From Octopus sinensis (lineage: Eukaryota), in contig NW_021834807.1 in the NCBI RefSeq assembly GCF_006345805.1, forward strand, positions 1 through 45,039: a stretch of DNA of 45,039 bases, written 5' to 3'. Of this stretch, positions 11,584-23,841 are shown piece by piece. The notes beneath the pieces were generated by a model. That model searched no databases. It was not told where the DNA came from and saw nothing but the letters and a program-made list of their open reading frames with translations. The position numbers were made by a program, and so were the translations under genes. Position 1 is the stretch's first letter; the number at the start of each line of letters is the position of its first letter.

Positions 11584-11700
11584 TAATAATTTTATGGGTG
11601 TCTGTCAAGTCAGCTGCAAGACGTCGGAGTTTCAATGTGTCCATGCCCAGGGAAGTAAGGCATTCAGAATATGGCAAATGCCTGATGGCATTAAAGCCAG
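11584..11700 (-). mobile_element. CR1 LINE, upstream continuation of 10190-10613
   Basis: PYSECLTSLGMDTLKLRRLAADLTDTHKII matches CR1 Y.ERL..LGL.TL..RR...DL....KII. Confidence 0.8.
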
Positions 11701-11989
11701 AAACTTTTCAGTACCCCCTCGTACATGAAGACAATGTTCAAATGTGATCCTTCAAAATCAAGATAATGGTGACCTATCTGAGAAATAAGCCTCAAGAGGT
11801 GGAGTGGTTGCTGCAGTGAGTGTCACTGGCCATTCTCCATGGTAGTGCCATTGTGGTTATACTTCTTTTTAAGTCTGGTAGTTATTCCGTCAGTTTCGTT
11901 TTGCTGTACTGTTATGTTATGCTATTGGGATGTAAACAAACCAGTGCTGGTAATCTTAAGTAGTGGGGTGGAAAAAACACAAAATATGC

Positions 11990-12365
11990 ACAAAAACACA
12001 AATACAAATAAACACACAGACACATACACACATACACACACATACACACATACACACACATATACACATACACGCACAAATACACACACACACACATCTA
12101 CACATACACACACACATGCATGCACATATACACATCCACACACACAAATACACATGCACACACACATATACACACATACACACATTCATACACACACATC
12201 TACACATACACACACACATACATACACATACACATATACACATACACACATACACACACAAATACACATACACATACACACATATACACACATCCACATA
12301 CACGCGCGCACATGCACACTCACACACATACACACGCACACACACACACACACACACATGCACGC
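11990..12365. repeat. Degenerate (CA)n/(CATA)n tract
   Basis: Seen directly. Confidence 0.95.
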
Positions 12366-12954
12366 AACAAGCTTGTACACAATTTCTGACTACCGAATTC
12401 ACTCCCAAGACACTTGTTGGTCTGGGACTATTATAAAAGACACTTGCCCAAGGTGCCACACAATAGAACTGAACCCAAAACCACATGACTACAAAGCAAA
12501 CTTCTTAACCCCACAGCCATGCCTGCACCTGTAGGAATTTGTGCCCTAAGGCATTTTTCATTTATTTATTCTTATTTTTTTTTTCCGTCTGAGGAATTTC
12601 CATAGTATTCAAATAATTCTTATTTGAAATGATAATGGTCATTTTTAAAAAGCTATTTTTCATGTTTAATTGTGACGTTGGATTGTTAGAGAGACGTATG
12701 GTGAAATTATTCAAAGTAACAGGATTAAGTTTTAGTTAAAAAGAAAAATATACAAGAATAAAAAATTGCAGTATAAACCAGTTGATGAAAAGAGCCAAAA
12801 ATTTAGAGCAAAAAAAAAACCTAAAAACATTTGCAAAGAGTGAAATGTTAGAGAAAAAAAAAATAGTTAAACATCGAAGGTTGTTAAAAAACAAAGATAT
12901 ATTGTAGTAAAACCAAAAATATTGAGAAAATAAATATCTGTTAAAAAAAACATA

Positions 12955-13190
12955 TGCATAGGTGTGATTGTGTGGTTAGAAGCTTGCTTCCCAACCACAT
13001 GGTTCTGGGTTCAGTCCCACTGCATGACACCTTGGGCAAGTGTCTTCTACTATAGCCTTGGGCTGACCAAATCCGTGTGAGTGGATTTTGTAGACAGAAA
13101 CTGAAAGAAGCCCGTTGTATATTTATATGTGTGTGTGTGTGTCCCCTCCCCACCATCGCATGACAACCGATACTGGTATGTTTATGTCCA
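12955..13190 (+). mobile_element. SINE family A (tRNA head, CORE-like ccttgggcaagtg domain), 5' part
   Basis: gtgtggttagaagcttgcttcccaaccacatggttctgggttcagtccc...caccttgggcaagtgtcttc. Confidence 0.8.
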
Positions 13191-13199
13191 GATGGGGGA

Positions 13200-13745
13200 A
13201 GCTATGAACCACCATCACTTGACAAAAAGGGTGAAAGGCAAAGTTGACCTCGGTGGAATTTGAACTCATAACGTAAAGACAGACGAAATTTTCGCTAAGC
13301 ATTTCACCCGGTGTGCTAATGTTTCTGCCAGCTCACTGCCTTATATACTTTTCTACTCTTTGTACAAGCCCTGAAATTTTGGGGGAGGGGGCTAGTTGAT
13401 TAGATGACTCAGTACGCAACTGGTACTTAATTTAACGACCCTGAAAAGGGTGGAAGGTAAAGTCGACCTTGGTGGAATTTGAACTTAGAACGTAAAGACA
13501 GACGAAATACCTATTTCTTTACTACCCACAGGGGGCTAAACACAGAGAGGACAAATAAGGACAGACAAACGGATTAAGCCGATTATATCAACCCCAGTGC
13601 ATAACTGGTACTTATTTAATCAACCCTGAAAGGCTGAAAGGCAAAGTCGACCTCGGTGGAATTTGAACTCAGAACATAAAGACAGATGAAATACAGCTAA
13701 GTATTTCACCTGGCGTGCTAACGATTCTGCCAGCTTGCCACTTTA
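13200..13745 (-). mobile_element. SINE family B cluster (a truncated copy plus a head-to-tail dimer)
   Basis: Three ggcaaagtcgacc..gaatttgaact units; concatemer junction at 13510/13511. Confidence 0.8.
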
Positions 13746-14629
13746 ATGAATTGAATGTATTATGAGCAGATATTCATCATAAAAGAGAAGTCCTCATACA
13801 ATGAATCAGAACAGTGATTAGCATATTTACTTTAGAATAAAATAAGCCATCATTCAAATATATATAAGATTCCGCAAAAAAAATGTTGATAATAAACAAG
13901 GAAGCTTTGCTAATGGCAAAAATCCAAACCTGAATTAGACTCTGTGAAAGATCTTGCATAAAAGTATGAGTGATATCATGAAATCTATCAGGAGTTACTG
14001 TGATATGATTGCAAATCTGGTGTGGATTTTATTATTTATAAATATTATTCCCAAGACCGTTTGTGTCTTAACAGCAGAACGAATGGACAACACTCCATTA
14101 ACGACATTTTATGAAAATGAGGTTGTTAAAGTCTCTAAACATCAGACTAATGGATTTTGTAATGTTATTGTTACAATCCAAACATCAAGGAGAAATAAGG
14201 AAATATGGAAAAATTGTTAATAAAAAACATCAGACTTCAACTTCAAATAGACATGTTTGTTATATAATAATGTGTTTTAAAAAAGGAGATATTCTTTAGT
14301 TACACACATACACACATGCACATCATGCACACACGAAGGCTCAGTCATAGTTGAGTGGTTAAAAGTATACTTCTGAACCTTGTAGTTTCAGGTTCAGTTC
14401 CACTGCTTGGTACCTTGGGCAAGTGAGGGTTAGGGTTCTTCTGCTATGGTGCCTGGTTGGTCAAAGCCATTTTCAATGGATTTGATAGATGGGAAGTGAA
14501 AGACACCAGTTATATGTGTGGGTGTGTATTTTTATATGTATGTGTGTGTTCAAGGATTTGTGGAAACGTGGGTTTTTGTTCAGGGTTTTGTGGGTGTTTG
14601 TGTCTCCTTGTCTTGACATTATGTGACAG

Positions 14630-15015
14630 ATGGAGTGGCTGTGTGGTAAGTAGCTTGCTTAACAACCACATGGTTCCGGGTTCAGTCCCACTGTGTGACA
14701 TCTTGGGCAAGTGTCTTCTACTATAGCCTCGGGCCGACCAAAGACTTGTGAGTGGATTTGGTAGACGGAAACTGAAAGAAGCCTGTCGTATATATGTATA
14801 TATATGTGTGTATATGTTTGTGTGTCTGTGTTTGTTGCTTGACAACCGATGGTGGTGTGCTTACGTCCCCGTAACTTAGCAGTTCGGCAAAAGAGACCGA
14901 TAGAATAAGTACTAGGCTTTCAAAGAATAAGTCTTGGGGCTGATTTGCTCGACTAAAGGCGGTGCTCCAGCATGGCCGCAGTCAAATGACAGAAACAAGT
15001 AAAAGAGTAAAAGAG
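14630..15015 (+). mobile_element. SINE family A, near full length
   Basis: Head, central domain, internal (TA/TG)n and tail ...gtcaaatgacagaaacaagtaaaagagt. Confidence 0.85.
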
Positions 15016-15569
15016 ACCAAGACCATCGAAGAGCCTTGAACCATTTTGAAATTTCTTGATGCAGATTTTCTACGGCTGGATGCCTTTCCTGTTGCCAACC
15101 TTTACCTGCTTCCAAGCAAGTCATTTTTCCCTCGGCCAGACTTGGTTTCCACAGAAGAGTGGAAATGAACGATCTCACTTGAATGATAATAATGCTCATT
15201 TACAGCCCTCATGCGATATCTAGACAGAGGTGTACACACACAGACACACACACACAGATAGCTAACAAATGGAGAGGAATGGACAACGAGAGTTCAATCC
15301 ATGCACATATTAAACAGTTATTGATCATTCATTTTCGTTTATTATATTTCTTTAGCATGTGATGTGACGTGCAGCTGATGTTGCTACGGAGACTGGGGTT
15401 GTGGAATATGTGATATCGTTAAATGATTGTGATTACGTTAATTAACCTTGTGATTCGATGATAAAAATGGGAATATTAATTTATTTGTATTCATACAGCA
15501 TACACCACTAACCAATTCAATTACATGCTGCATGTTACTGAACTAATAACCAGCAAGGTCCAAACCAAT

Positions 15570-15590
15570 TGATATATATGTATATATATA

Positions 15591-15627
<37 letters not shown>

Positions 15628-15680
15628 ATATACATATGTACATATGTATGTATATATACATATGTATATAAGTATATATG

Positions 15681-15712
<32 letters not shown>

Positions 15713-15762
15713 ATAAGTATATATGTATATATATGTATATAGGTATATATGTATGTGAATAT

Positions 15763-15812
<50 letters not shown>

Positions 15813-15816
15813 ATAC

Positions 15817-15850
<34 letters not shown>

Positions 15851-15970
15851 ATAAGTATATAATATATATATATACATATGTATGTATATAAGTATATAAT
15901 ATATATATATATATACATATGTATGTATATAAGTATATATAATATATATATATATATGTATATATATATG

Positions 15971-16036
<66 letters not shown>

Positions 16037-16045
16037 AATATATTA
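15570..16045. repeat. (AT)n/(ATAC)n tract
   Basis: Seen directly. Confidence 0.95.
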
Positions 16046-16051
16046 CATACA

Positions 16052-16410
16052 TAGGCGTAGGAGTGGTTGTGTGATAAGTAGCTTGATTACCAACCACATG
16101 GTTCCAGGTTCAGTCCCACTGTGTGGCACTTTGGGCAAGTGTCTTCTACTATAATCTCAAGCCAACCAAAGCCTTGTGAGTGGATTTGGTGGATGGAAAC
16201 TGAAAGAAGCCCGTCGTATATATGTATGTGTATATGTTTGTGTGTCTGTGGTTGTCTCCCCCAACATCGCTTGATAACTGACGCTGGTGTGTTTACGTCC
16301 CCCGTAACTAGGCTTACAAAGAATAAGTCCTGGGGTCAATTTTCTCAACTAAAGGCGGTGCTCCAGCATGGTCACAGTCAAATGACTGAAACAAGTAAAA
16401 GAGTATACAT
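16052..16410 (+). mobile_element. SINE family A, near full length
   Basis: Same structure as 14630-15015. Confidence 0.85.
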
Positions 16411-16798
16411 TCACTTATATAGTTAAATGGAGACCAATAGAATAAGTATCAGGCTTAAAAAAAAAAGATACTAGCGTTGATTCATTGAACTAAAGTTGTT
16501 CAAGGTAGTGCCCCAGCATGGCCACAGTCAAATGTCTGAGACAAGTAAAAGATAGGAGATAATAGATATTGTATCAGTATAAATACAGCATGAGAAAGAA
16601 AATGTTGCAGTGAACATGAAATGAAGGAAATGTGATTATTTTTTCTTTCATCGAAAGAGACACCAGCAGTTTGTAAGTCACACCCATAATTTAGTATGAC
16701 CTTTGACTAACAATTTCATGGTAAATCATAATAAAAACGCTTGATAACCAGATTATAGTATTGTGCTGGGCAGGGTATGAATAACATGTATTTTTTAA

Positions 16799-17019
16799 CC
16801 CTTTCATTACCATATTTCTGTTGAGATGCTCTGTGTTTCTTTCAATTACTTTAAATATAACAAAGAATTTAGTAAAATAACTTAGTTATCATTCAGCTAG
16901 TGTTAGGAACATAAATTGTGACTAAGGTTTGGTGAAAGATTTGAATTCAAAACTTATGAAAACAAGACATTTGTACTACAGAGCCAGAGCTGGTTTCAGT
17001 TGGGTTGGTATCAAAAGGG
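16799..17019. mobile_element. piggyBac-like MITE, copy 1 (221 bp)
   Basis: TTAA at 16795-16798 and 17020-17023; ends CCCTTT...AAAGGG. Confidence 0.8.
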
Positions 17020-17050
17020 TTAAGAATTATTTCTCTGTTATATATTTTAA

Positions 17051-17272
17051 CCCTTTTGTGACCATATTTCTGTTGAGATGCTCTGTGTTTCTTTCATTTA
17101 ATTTTAAATATAACAAAAGAATTTAGTAATATAACTTAGTTATCATTAAGCTAGTGTTAGGAACATAACTTGTGACTAAGGTCTGGTGGAAGATTCTAAT
17201 TCAGAATTATGAAAACAAGACATTTGTATGACAAAGCCACAGCCGGTTTCAGCTGGGTTGATAATGAAAGGG
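17051..17272. mobile_element. piggyBac-like MITE, copy 2 (222 bp)
   Basis: TTAA at 17047-17050 and 17273-17276; same internal sequence and orientation as copy 1. Confidence 0.8.
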
Positions 17273-17499
17273 TTAAAGGGTTTGTTATAGTTGCAAGCAG
17301 ATGACAAAAGTTAGGTGAGTTTGTTATTCTTAGGGATAACCTCTGGAGCAAAGATCCTTGATCTGAAATATGTCTAGCATGTAACAGGGCTTGAAATAAT
17401 GAGAGCTGCTATATGGTTCTCCCTATATGATCTCCCTAACATGATTGCTGCTATATGATCTCCCTAAAATCACACCCCACTATCTTAAATAATCCTTTC

Positions 17500-17855
17500 T
17501 ACTATAAGCACAAGGCTTGAAATTTTTGGGGCAGAGGTACTTAATTTATCAACCCCGAAAAGATGAAAGGCAAAGTTGACCTTGGCGGAATTTGGACTCA
17601 GAACATAAAGCAGATGATATACCTATTTCTTTACTACCCACAAGGGGCTAAACACAGGGAGGACAAACAAAGACAGACACACGGATTAAGTCGATTATAT
17701 CGACACCAGTGCGTAACTGGTACTTATTTAATTGACCCTGAAAGGATGAAAGGCAAAGTCGACCTCGGTGGAATTTGAACTCAGAACGTAACGGCAGATG
17801 AAATACCACTAAGCATTTCACCCAGTGTGCTAATGATTTTACCAGCTCATTGTCT
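17500..17855 (-). mobile_element. SINE family B dimer
   Basis: Two gatgaaaggcaaagt.gacct units; junction near 17622. Confidence 0.75.
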
Positions 17856-18711
17856 TACAATCTTAAATAACGAGATGACTCATTAGATAATGTAGTCTTA
17901 GAAGCTGTTATAAAATAAAGCAATGGTCATAGTTGGATTGTCTTTGATTATAATCTGCTGTCAAGGCTGATCTAGTTAAACTGTTTTAGCAACTAATAAA
18001 TTGTGATGTTGTGATGTTTATACCTTTTTTTTTAGAGCAATAGCAATAAGGGCTAAATGAAATGAAAAAATGCATTCTCCTGTCATTTCTCTCCAGCTGA
18101 CATAAATCTCCCTTGTTCCGTACCAATGTCGTTCTTTGGCTCCAGGTCAGCAATGAATGAATGAATCAAAAGACATTCCAGCCATGATCATCCTGCCTTT
18201 CTGACAAACACAGTGTATCCCAGACTGTGTAAGTCAATGTGTCATATGTGTTGTATCCTCCTCTCTCTATTCATAGCTGAATGGGCGAGAATCCTAAACA
18301 ACTCCCTTAAACTAGAGGACATCCTTAACTTCAGAACAGAGATTTTCATGTGATGTTTACACTTCAGGAGGTCCCTGCTAGCCTTTTGGGGCCCACAAGA
18401 TGGCAGCACAGCTGGAAGTCAATAGGCAATAGCCAAGTGAAATAATCCCCTTTATTACCTTTGAGTAGGGAGGGCATTTCCTCCTCCATATTTTTAAGAG
18501 GTCAAAGGACAACAGGTTTTAATTATCCTACCATTTATTTACATGTTAATATTGCTGTTTGAAACGATTGTATGCATGAGTAGAAAATTATTTCAAATGT
18601 TAACATCATCTCTTCTCCATTTTAACAAATTTGTTGAGTTTCTACAGGATACATTTCCATAAATTCTCATAACACACCATATATATATATATGTATTGAT
18701 ATACGGAGAAG

Positions 18712-19120
18712 CAAGATGGTGAGATGACAGAATCTTTAGCATGCTGGGAAAAATGCTTTGCAGCATTTTGTCTTTTGTCTGTCTTCACATTCTAAGTTCA
18801 AATGCCAGTGAGGTCAGCTTTGCCTTTCATTCTTTTGGGAGTTGACAATATAAGTACCAGTTGAGCACTGGGGTTGTTCTAACCTATTTCTTTACTACCC
18901 ATAAGGGGCTAAACACAGAGGGGACAAATAAGGACAGACAAATGGATTAAGTCGATTACATCGACCCCAGTGCATAACTGGTACTTAATTTATCGACCCC
19001 GAAAGGATGAAAGGCAAAGTCTACCTCGGCGGAATTTGAACTCAGAATGTAACGGCAGACGAAATACCGCTAAGCATTTCACCCGGCGTGCTAACGTTTC
19101 TGCCAGCTCACTGCCTAAGT
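18712..19120. mobile_element. Tail-to-tail inverted pair of family B SINEs (+ about 18712-18880; - about 18882-19120)
   Basis: gctttgcctttcattcttttgg...aagtaccag on +, then ctggtactt...gaaaggatgaaaggcaaagt. Confidence 0.75.
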
Positions 19121-19599
19121 TATTCTAACTGTCTTACCTTCTGCCGTGAAATTGCTGGCCTTGTTGCCGAAATCTGAAATAAATATTCAGCAGAAAGGAC
19201 AGAGTGATTTAAGGGCTGAAAGGTTCATCCATTATCACTTGGGCAAAAACATTTTATAATTGCTAATGCATGAAACCCTTGCCCCTTGTGTCACCATGTT
19301 GCTTCTGCTGAGCTGTCCAAGCCATGGCAGCATGGAAAACAGACATTCAATGATAATGTGATATACCATATTTTAATGTGTTTAAGGAACCCTTGTGTAT
19401 AAGGAACCCCTAATTTTGGGGGCTTCAAATTTGGAAAAAGGTTTTGTAAGGGAGTATAATACTATCTATGTATAAGAAGCTCCCATATTTTGTCAGCCTA
19501 ATTTTTAACAAAAAATAGTTCCTTATACATGTTAAAATATGGTATGTAGATTAAAATAGAAAGTGAATAGAAAAACATTTGACATCACTTGAAAACATA

Positions 19600-19945
19600 G
19601 CACTAAGAGTACCATCCAAGCATGATCATTGCCAGAGCAGCTGACTGGCTTCCGTGCCAGTGGCATGTAAAAAGCACCATTCGAGCATGATTATTACCAG
19701 CATCGCCTTACTGGCACATGAAAAACATTTGAGCGAGGTCGTTGCCAGTGCCGCTGGACTGGCCCTCATGCTGGTGGCATGTAAAAGCACCCACTACAGT
19801 ATCGGAGTGGTTAGCGTTAGGAAAGGCATCCAGCTGTAGAAACCTTGCCAGATCAGATTGGAGCCTGATGCTGCCATCTGGTTTGTCAGTCCTCAGTCTA
19901 ACCCATGCTAGCATAGAAAGTGGACGTTAAACAATGATGATGATG
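19600..19945 (+). mobile_element. RTE 3' UTR fragment with (GAT)n tail
   Basis: Reverse complement of the UTR family at 97-620. Confidence 0.8.
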
Positions 19946-19964
19946 AGAATGTAAATGGATAGAG

Positions 19965-20045
19965 TCTCTTACAGCTGTTTCGCAAATAGCCAAGTATGTA
20001 GATCATAACATTGAGCTAAAGATTATGTCATCATCATCAGAGAGA
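19965..20045 (-). ncRNA. Degenerate type I hammerhead motif
   Basis: Minus strand: tctct CTGATGA (about 52 nt) GAAAC AGCT GTA agaga; stem I 5 bp, palindromic ACAGCTGT stem III; helix II closure poor. Confidence 0.45.
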
Positions 20046-20094
20046 GAGGAGTTAGAAAATATGAAAATGTTTGTCAAAAAAAACAAAGGAAGGA

Positions 20095-20410
20095 TCATCA
20101 TCATCGTTTAACGTCCGTATTCCATGCTAGCATGGGTTGGACGGTTCGACCAGGGTCTGGGATGCCAGGACGTTGCACCAGGCTCCAGTCTTATTTGGCA
20201 ATGTTTCTACTGCTGGATGCCCTTCCTAACGCCAACCACTCCGAGAGTGTAGTGGGTGCTTTTATGTGCCAGGGGAGGCTGGAAACGGCCATGATCGGTT
20301 GGTGCTTTTTACGTGCCACCGACATGGAAGCCAGTCAAGGCGGTGCTGGTATCAGCCACGTACGGATGGTGCTTTTAATGTGCCACCGGCACAGGTATCA
20401 CAACTACAAT
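20095..20410 (-). mobile_element. RTE 3' UTR fragment
   Basis: catcatcgtttaacgtccg...ggatgcccttcctaacgccaaccactccg. Confidence 0.8.
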
Positions 20411-20844
20411 TTCCATTTGATTTGATCAGAGAGAGAATTATATACATTAGGTGGTTCCCTGATTGAGTCAATAATAAGGCGAGGTCCATTAACAGTTCCA
20501 TATGTATAATCATTGGATATGAATGTTTTATCCTTGTACAAGTGAGATATAGTTTTTAATTCCATATCAAAGCCATACCTGTATGGGATAGTGGACATGA
20601 AATAACCCTTTTTACAATGGGCACAAAACCTGAAATTGTGAGGAAGGGGTCTAGTCGATTATGTTGACCCTAGTGCACAACGCTGGACCTTATTTCATTG
20701 AGCTTGAAAGCAATCCTGTCAGAGTTTACCTCAGCTGTATTTGATCTCAGTTCATAAAGCCAAGCTGGAAGAAATCCCTTCAAGCAGGTTCTCTGGTCAG
20801 CCAACAATTGAGCCAGCTCACTGCCGCCACCATGAAATAATCAT

Positions 20845-21405
20845 CACACACACATGCAATACGCGTGCATGTACATACACACATACACAACACTCAAAAC
20901 ACAACATGCACACACAAAGCACAACACACACACAAAACATAACATACACACAGACACATACATATACACACAAAACACAACAAACACACACACACACACA
21001 CAAAACACAACACAACACAACATACACACACACACACTCAACACAACACACACACACAACACACAACAAACACATACATACACACAACACAACACACACA
21101 CACAAACACACACAACACAACATACACACACACACACACAACACAAAACACACACACACACACACAAAACACAACACAACACAACATACACACACACACA
21201 CTCAACACAACACACACACACAACACAACAAACACATACACAAAACACACACTCAACACAACACACACACACCCACACACAACACACAAACACATACACA
21301 AAACACACACTCAACACAACACACACACACCCACACACAACATACAAAACACAAACACACACACACAAAACAACACACACATACACAACACACACACATA
21401 CACAT
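20845..21405. repeat. (CA)n/(ACAAC)n compound tract
   Basis: Seen directly. Confidence 0.95.
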
Positions 21406-21774
21406 TTAGAGAGAGTGAAAGACAGAAATGAAGACAAGAAGAGAGAGAGAAAAAGAGTGACATACAGGCAAAGCGAAAGAGAGTGGAATCCCGTTGTAGA
21501 AATTGATGGCTATAAATACCAAAATCATGGAATTACAAAGTTTCATTTTATATGCTGCTTCTTTCTTGTTTGTTCTCAGACCTTCAGTTATTCTTTTTTA
21601 CCATTTATTTCCAGTTTTATCAGCAGCACTGAGTTCAGTAGTTCATCGTACAAAATCTGACCCATGGGTGAGTATTATCACTGTCAGGTTTTCCTAAAAA
21701 AATATTTTTATTGCATATTTTTTTTTATAAACATTAGCATTGTTAAATATAGACTTCCAACAGGCAAATCATTC

Positions 21775-21978
21775 TCTCTTTTACTTGTTTCAGTCATTTG
21801 ACTGTGGCCATGCTGGAGCACCGCCTTTAGTCGAGCATGTCGACTCCAGGACTTATTCTTTGTAAGCCTAGTACTTATTCTATCGGTCTCTTTTGCCAAA
21901 CCACTAACTTACAGGGATGTAAACACACCAACATCGGTTGTCAAGTGATGTTGGGGGGACAAACACAGACACACAAAT

Positions 21979-22011
<33 letters not shown>

Positions 22012-22195
22012 CATTTACATATACATATATACAACGGGCTTCTTTTAGTTTCCGTGTAACAAATCCACTCACAAGGCTTTGGTCAGCCCAAGGCTATAGT
22101 AGATGGCAATTGCCCAAGGTGCCATGCAGTGGGACTGAACCCGGAACCATGTGGTTGGTAAGCAAGCTACTTACCACACAGCCACTCCTGCACCT
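21775..22195 (-). mobile_element. SINE family A, full length
   Basis: Reverse complement of the 28248-28630 type. Confidence 0.85.
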
Positions 22196-22859
22196 ATTTT
22201 CTTTTTATATTTTACATATCACAGTATCACAGTATAGACCAAACCATCAGATGCTGTTATACACCACTGGTCACAATGCGCTTCCAATTTTGTCATGATT
22301 GTGCCATTCTTTACCATCTTGGCTCATATTGCTTTCCAAGTGGCCTTTTACAATTTCTTTGATGCCACTTGGCAACTGCACAAGTCCACCTTGTTTGTGG
22401 ACCTTGCAGCATGTCCAGCCTAGAGGTACTTGTGCTTCAGGAACTCTGTAATCACATTGTTCATTCTGTGCCATTCCCGAATTATTTCATATCAAAATTA
22501 AATAATTCGTAATGAGACCATTTTACATATCATCATCATCATCATCGACATTTAAGATCTGTTTTCCATGCTGGTATGGGTCGGCTGTTTTAGCAGGGGC
22601 TGGCAAGGCCAGGGGTTGCACCATGTTTCATAATCTGTTTTGGCTGGGTTTCTATGGCTGGAGGCCCTTCCTAATACCCAAACACTTTACAGAGTATACT
22701 GGGTGCTTTTTACATGGTATCACCAATGTTTTTTACATGTCACCAGCATCAGTTCTTTTAGTGTGGCACTGTCCTTAAATCATTTCCTGTTTCTTGAAGC
22801 TTCTAAATTCCGGTGATGTAATTAACAAAAGTACATATTCAAAACAACAATTAATTAGT

Positions 22860-23432
22860 CTTTATTCTGTTGTGTCTGGGGAGAGTCATTTTCTTTTTGT
22901 GCCTTATAATGTAACACACTCACCAGTAAAATTTCCATTTATTTCTTATTTTTATTTTCCTAAAATTTTCGTTGCGTCTTGCAACCTTTTCAATAGTTTT
23001 GAGAGTCAAAACTATTGAAAAGGTTGCAAGATGCAACGAAAATTTTAGGAAAATCATCATCATCATCATCATCATCGTTTAACATCCGCTTTTCATGCTA
23101 GCATGGGTTGGACGATTTGACTGAGGTCTGGTGAACCAGATGGCTGCACCAGACTCCAATCTGATCTGGCAGAGTTTCTACGGCTGGATGCCCTTCCTAA
23201 CGCCAACCACTCTGAGAGTGTAGTGGGTGCCTTTACATGCCACTGGCACGAAGGCCAGTTGGTGGTACTGGCAACGGCAAAAATAAGGAATAAGTGGAAA
23301 TTTTACCGGTGAGTGTTTTACATTATAAGGCACAAAAAGAAAATGGCTCTCCCCAGACGCAACAGAATATGCTTCAACACACGAACTCATATAAAGAATC
23401 TTGCAAACCAAATCCAAAAACGAAATAATTTG
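22860..23432. mobile_element. Palindromic (foldback) MITE family M, interrupted by an RTE tail at 23055-23278
   Basis: Left arm about 22860-23002, hairpin centre 23003-23005, right arm 23006-23054 resuming at 23279-23432 in inverted orientation. Confidence 0.75.
23055..23278 (-). mobile_element. RTE 3' UTR fragment inserted in the MITE arm
   Basis: (CAT)n gtttaacatccgc...ggatgcccttcctaacgcc. Confidence 0.8.
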
Positions 23433-23460
23433 TCTTTAATTATCTTTTAATTTGTTGCAG

Positions 23461-23841
23461 AGGTAACGTGCCGCCATGAGCCACTCGGGTTGGGTGAGCA
23501 TTCCTTCAACACATCGTGTTCCCCTCAACTCTCATCATTAAGCTGCAACTCTACTCCGACCAGAGTCCCACCTCCGCCTTCTCCCCCACTCCACAACATG
23601 GTTCCAACAACAGAATCGGCACCGGCCAGTACGACAGTCACGGGAGCTGAAACAGCAGCGACAACAAGCCTGGCAGCACCAGTAAATCCTTCTGAATCCT
23701 CATCTTCGTCATCCGTAGAACAGACTGTCCCGAGTATTCCTACCTCGGACTACTTGGAAGAGGAGAAACCTCTCTTACCAGGGATTAGTGTCCGTGCGGC
23801 TACTTTGGAGAAACTGATTCAAATCTGTGTTGAGAGTTTCT
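23461..23841 (+). CDS. RASGRP: RasGRP-family RasGEF, exon A (P/S/T-rich N-terminus and start of REM domain: ...VRAATLEKLIQICVESF)
   Basis: Acceptor tttaatttgttgcAG ends at 23460; donor T|GTAAGT at 23842 (phase 1). The frame is open from 23463, and there is an in-frame ATG in good context (aacATGg) at 23598. ATLEKLIQICVESF resembles the RasGRP REM start (A-S/T-L-D-x-L-I-x-x-C-I-x-x-F). The true start codon is uncertain. Confidence 0.88.
23476..23541 (+). promoter_or_regulatory. Candidate 21-codon out-of-frame upstream ORF (MSHSGWVSIPSTHRVPLNSHH*)
   Basis: ATG preceded by gccgcc (vertebrate-type Kozak), 15 nt into exon A; TAA at 23539-23541, 56 nt before the in-frame ATG at 23598. Confidence 0.4.

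Noticed and set aside
13760-14300. AT-rich unique block with short ORFs (13954-14220 etc.)
   Set aside because: Stops in all frames and no recognisable motif; possibly a decayed TE but unsupported.
16799-17272. Outer TIRs of the twin MITEs match each other better than own partners (composite transposon?)
   Set aside because: Explained by CpG deamination of a single TIR consensus.
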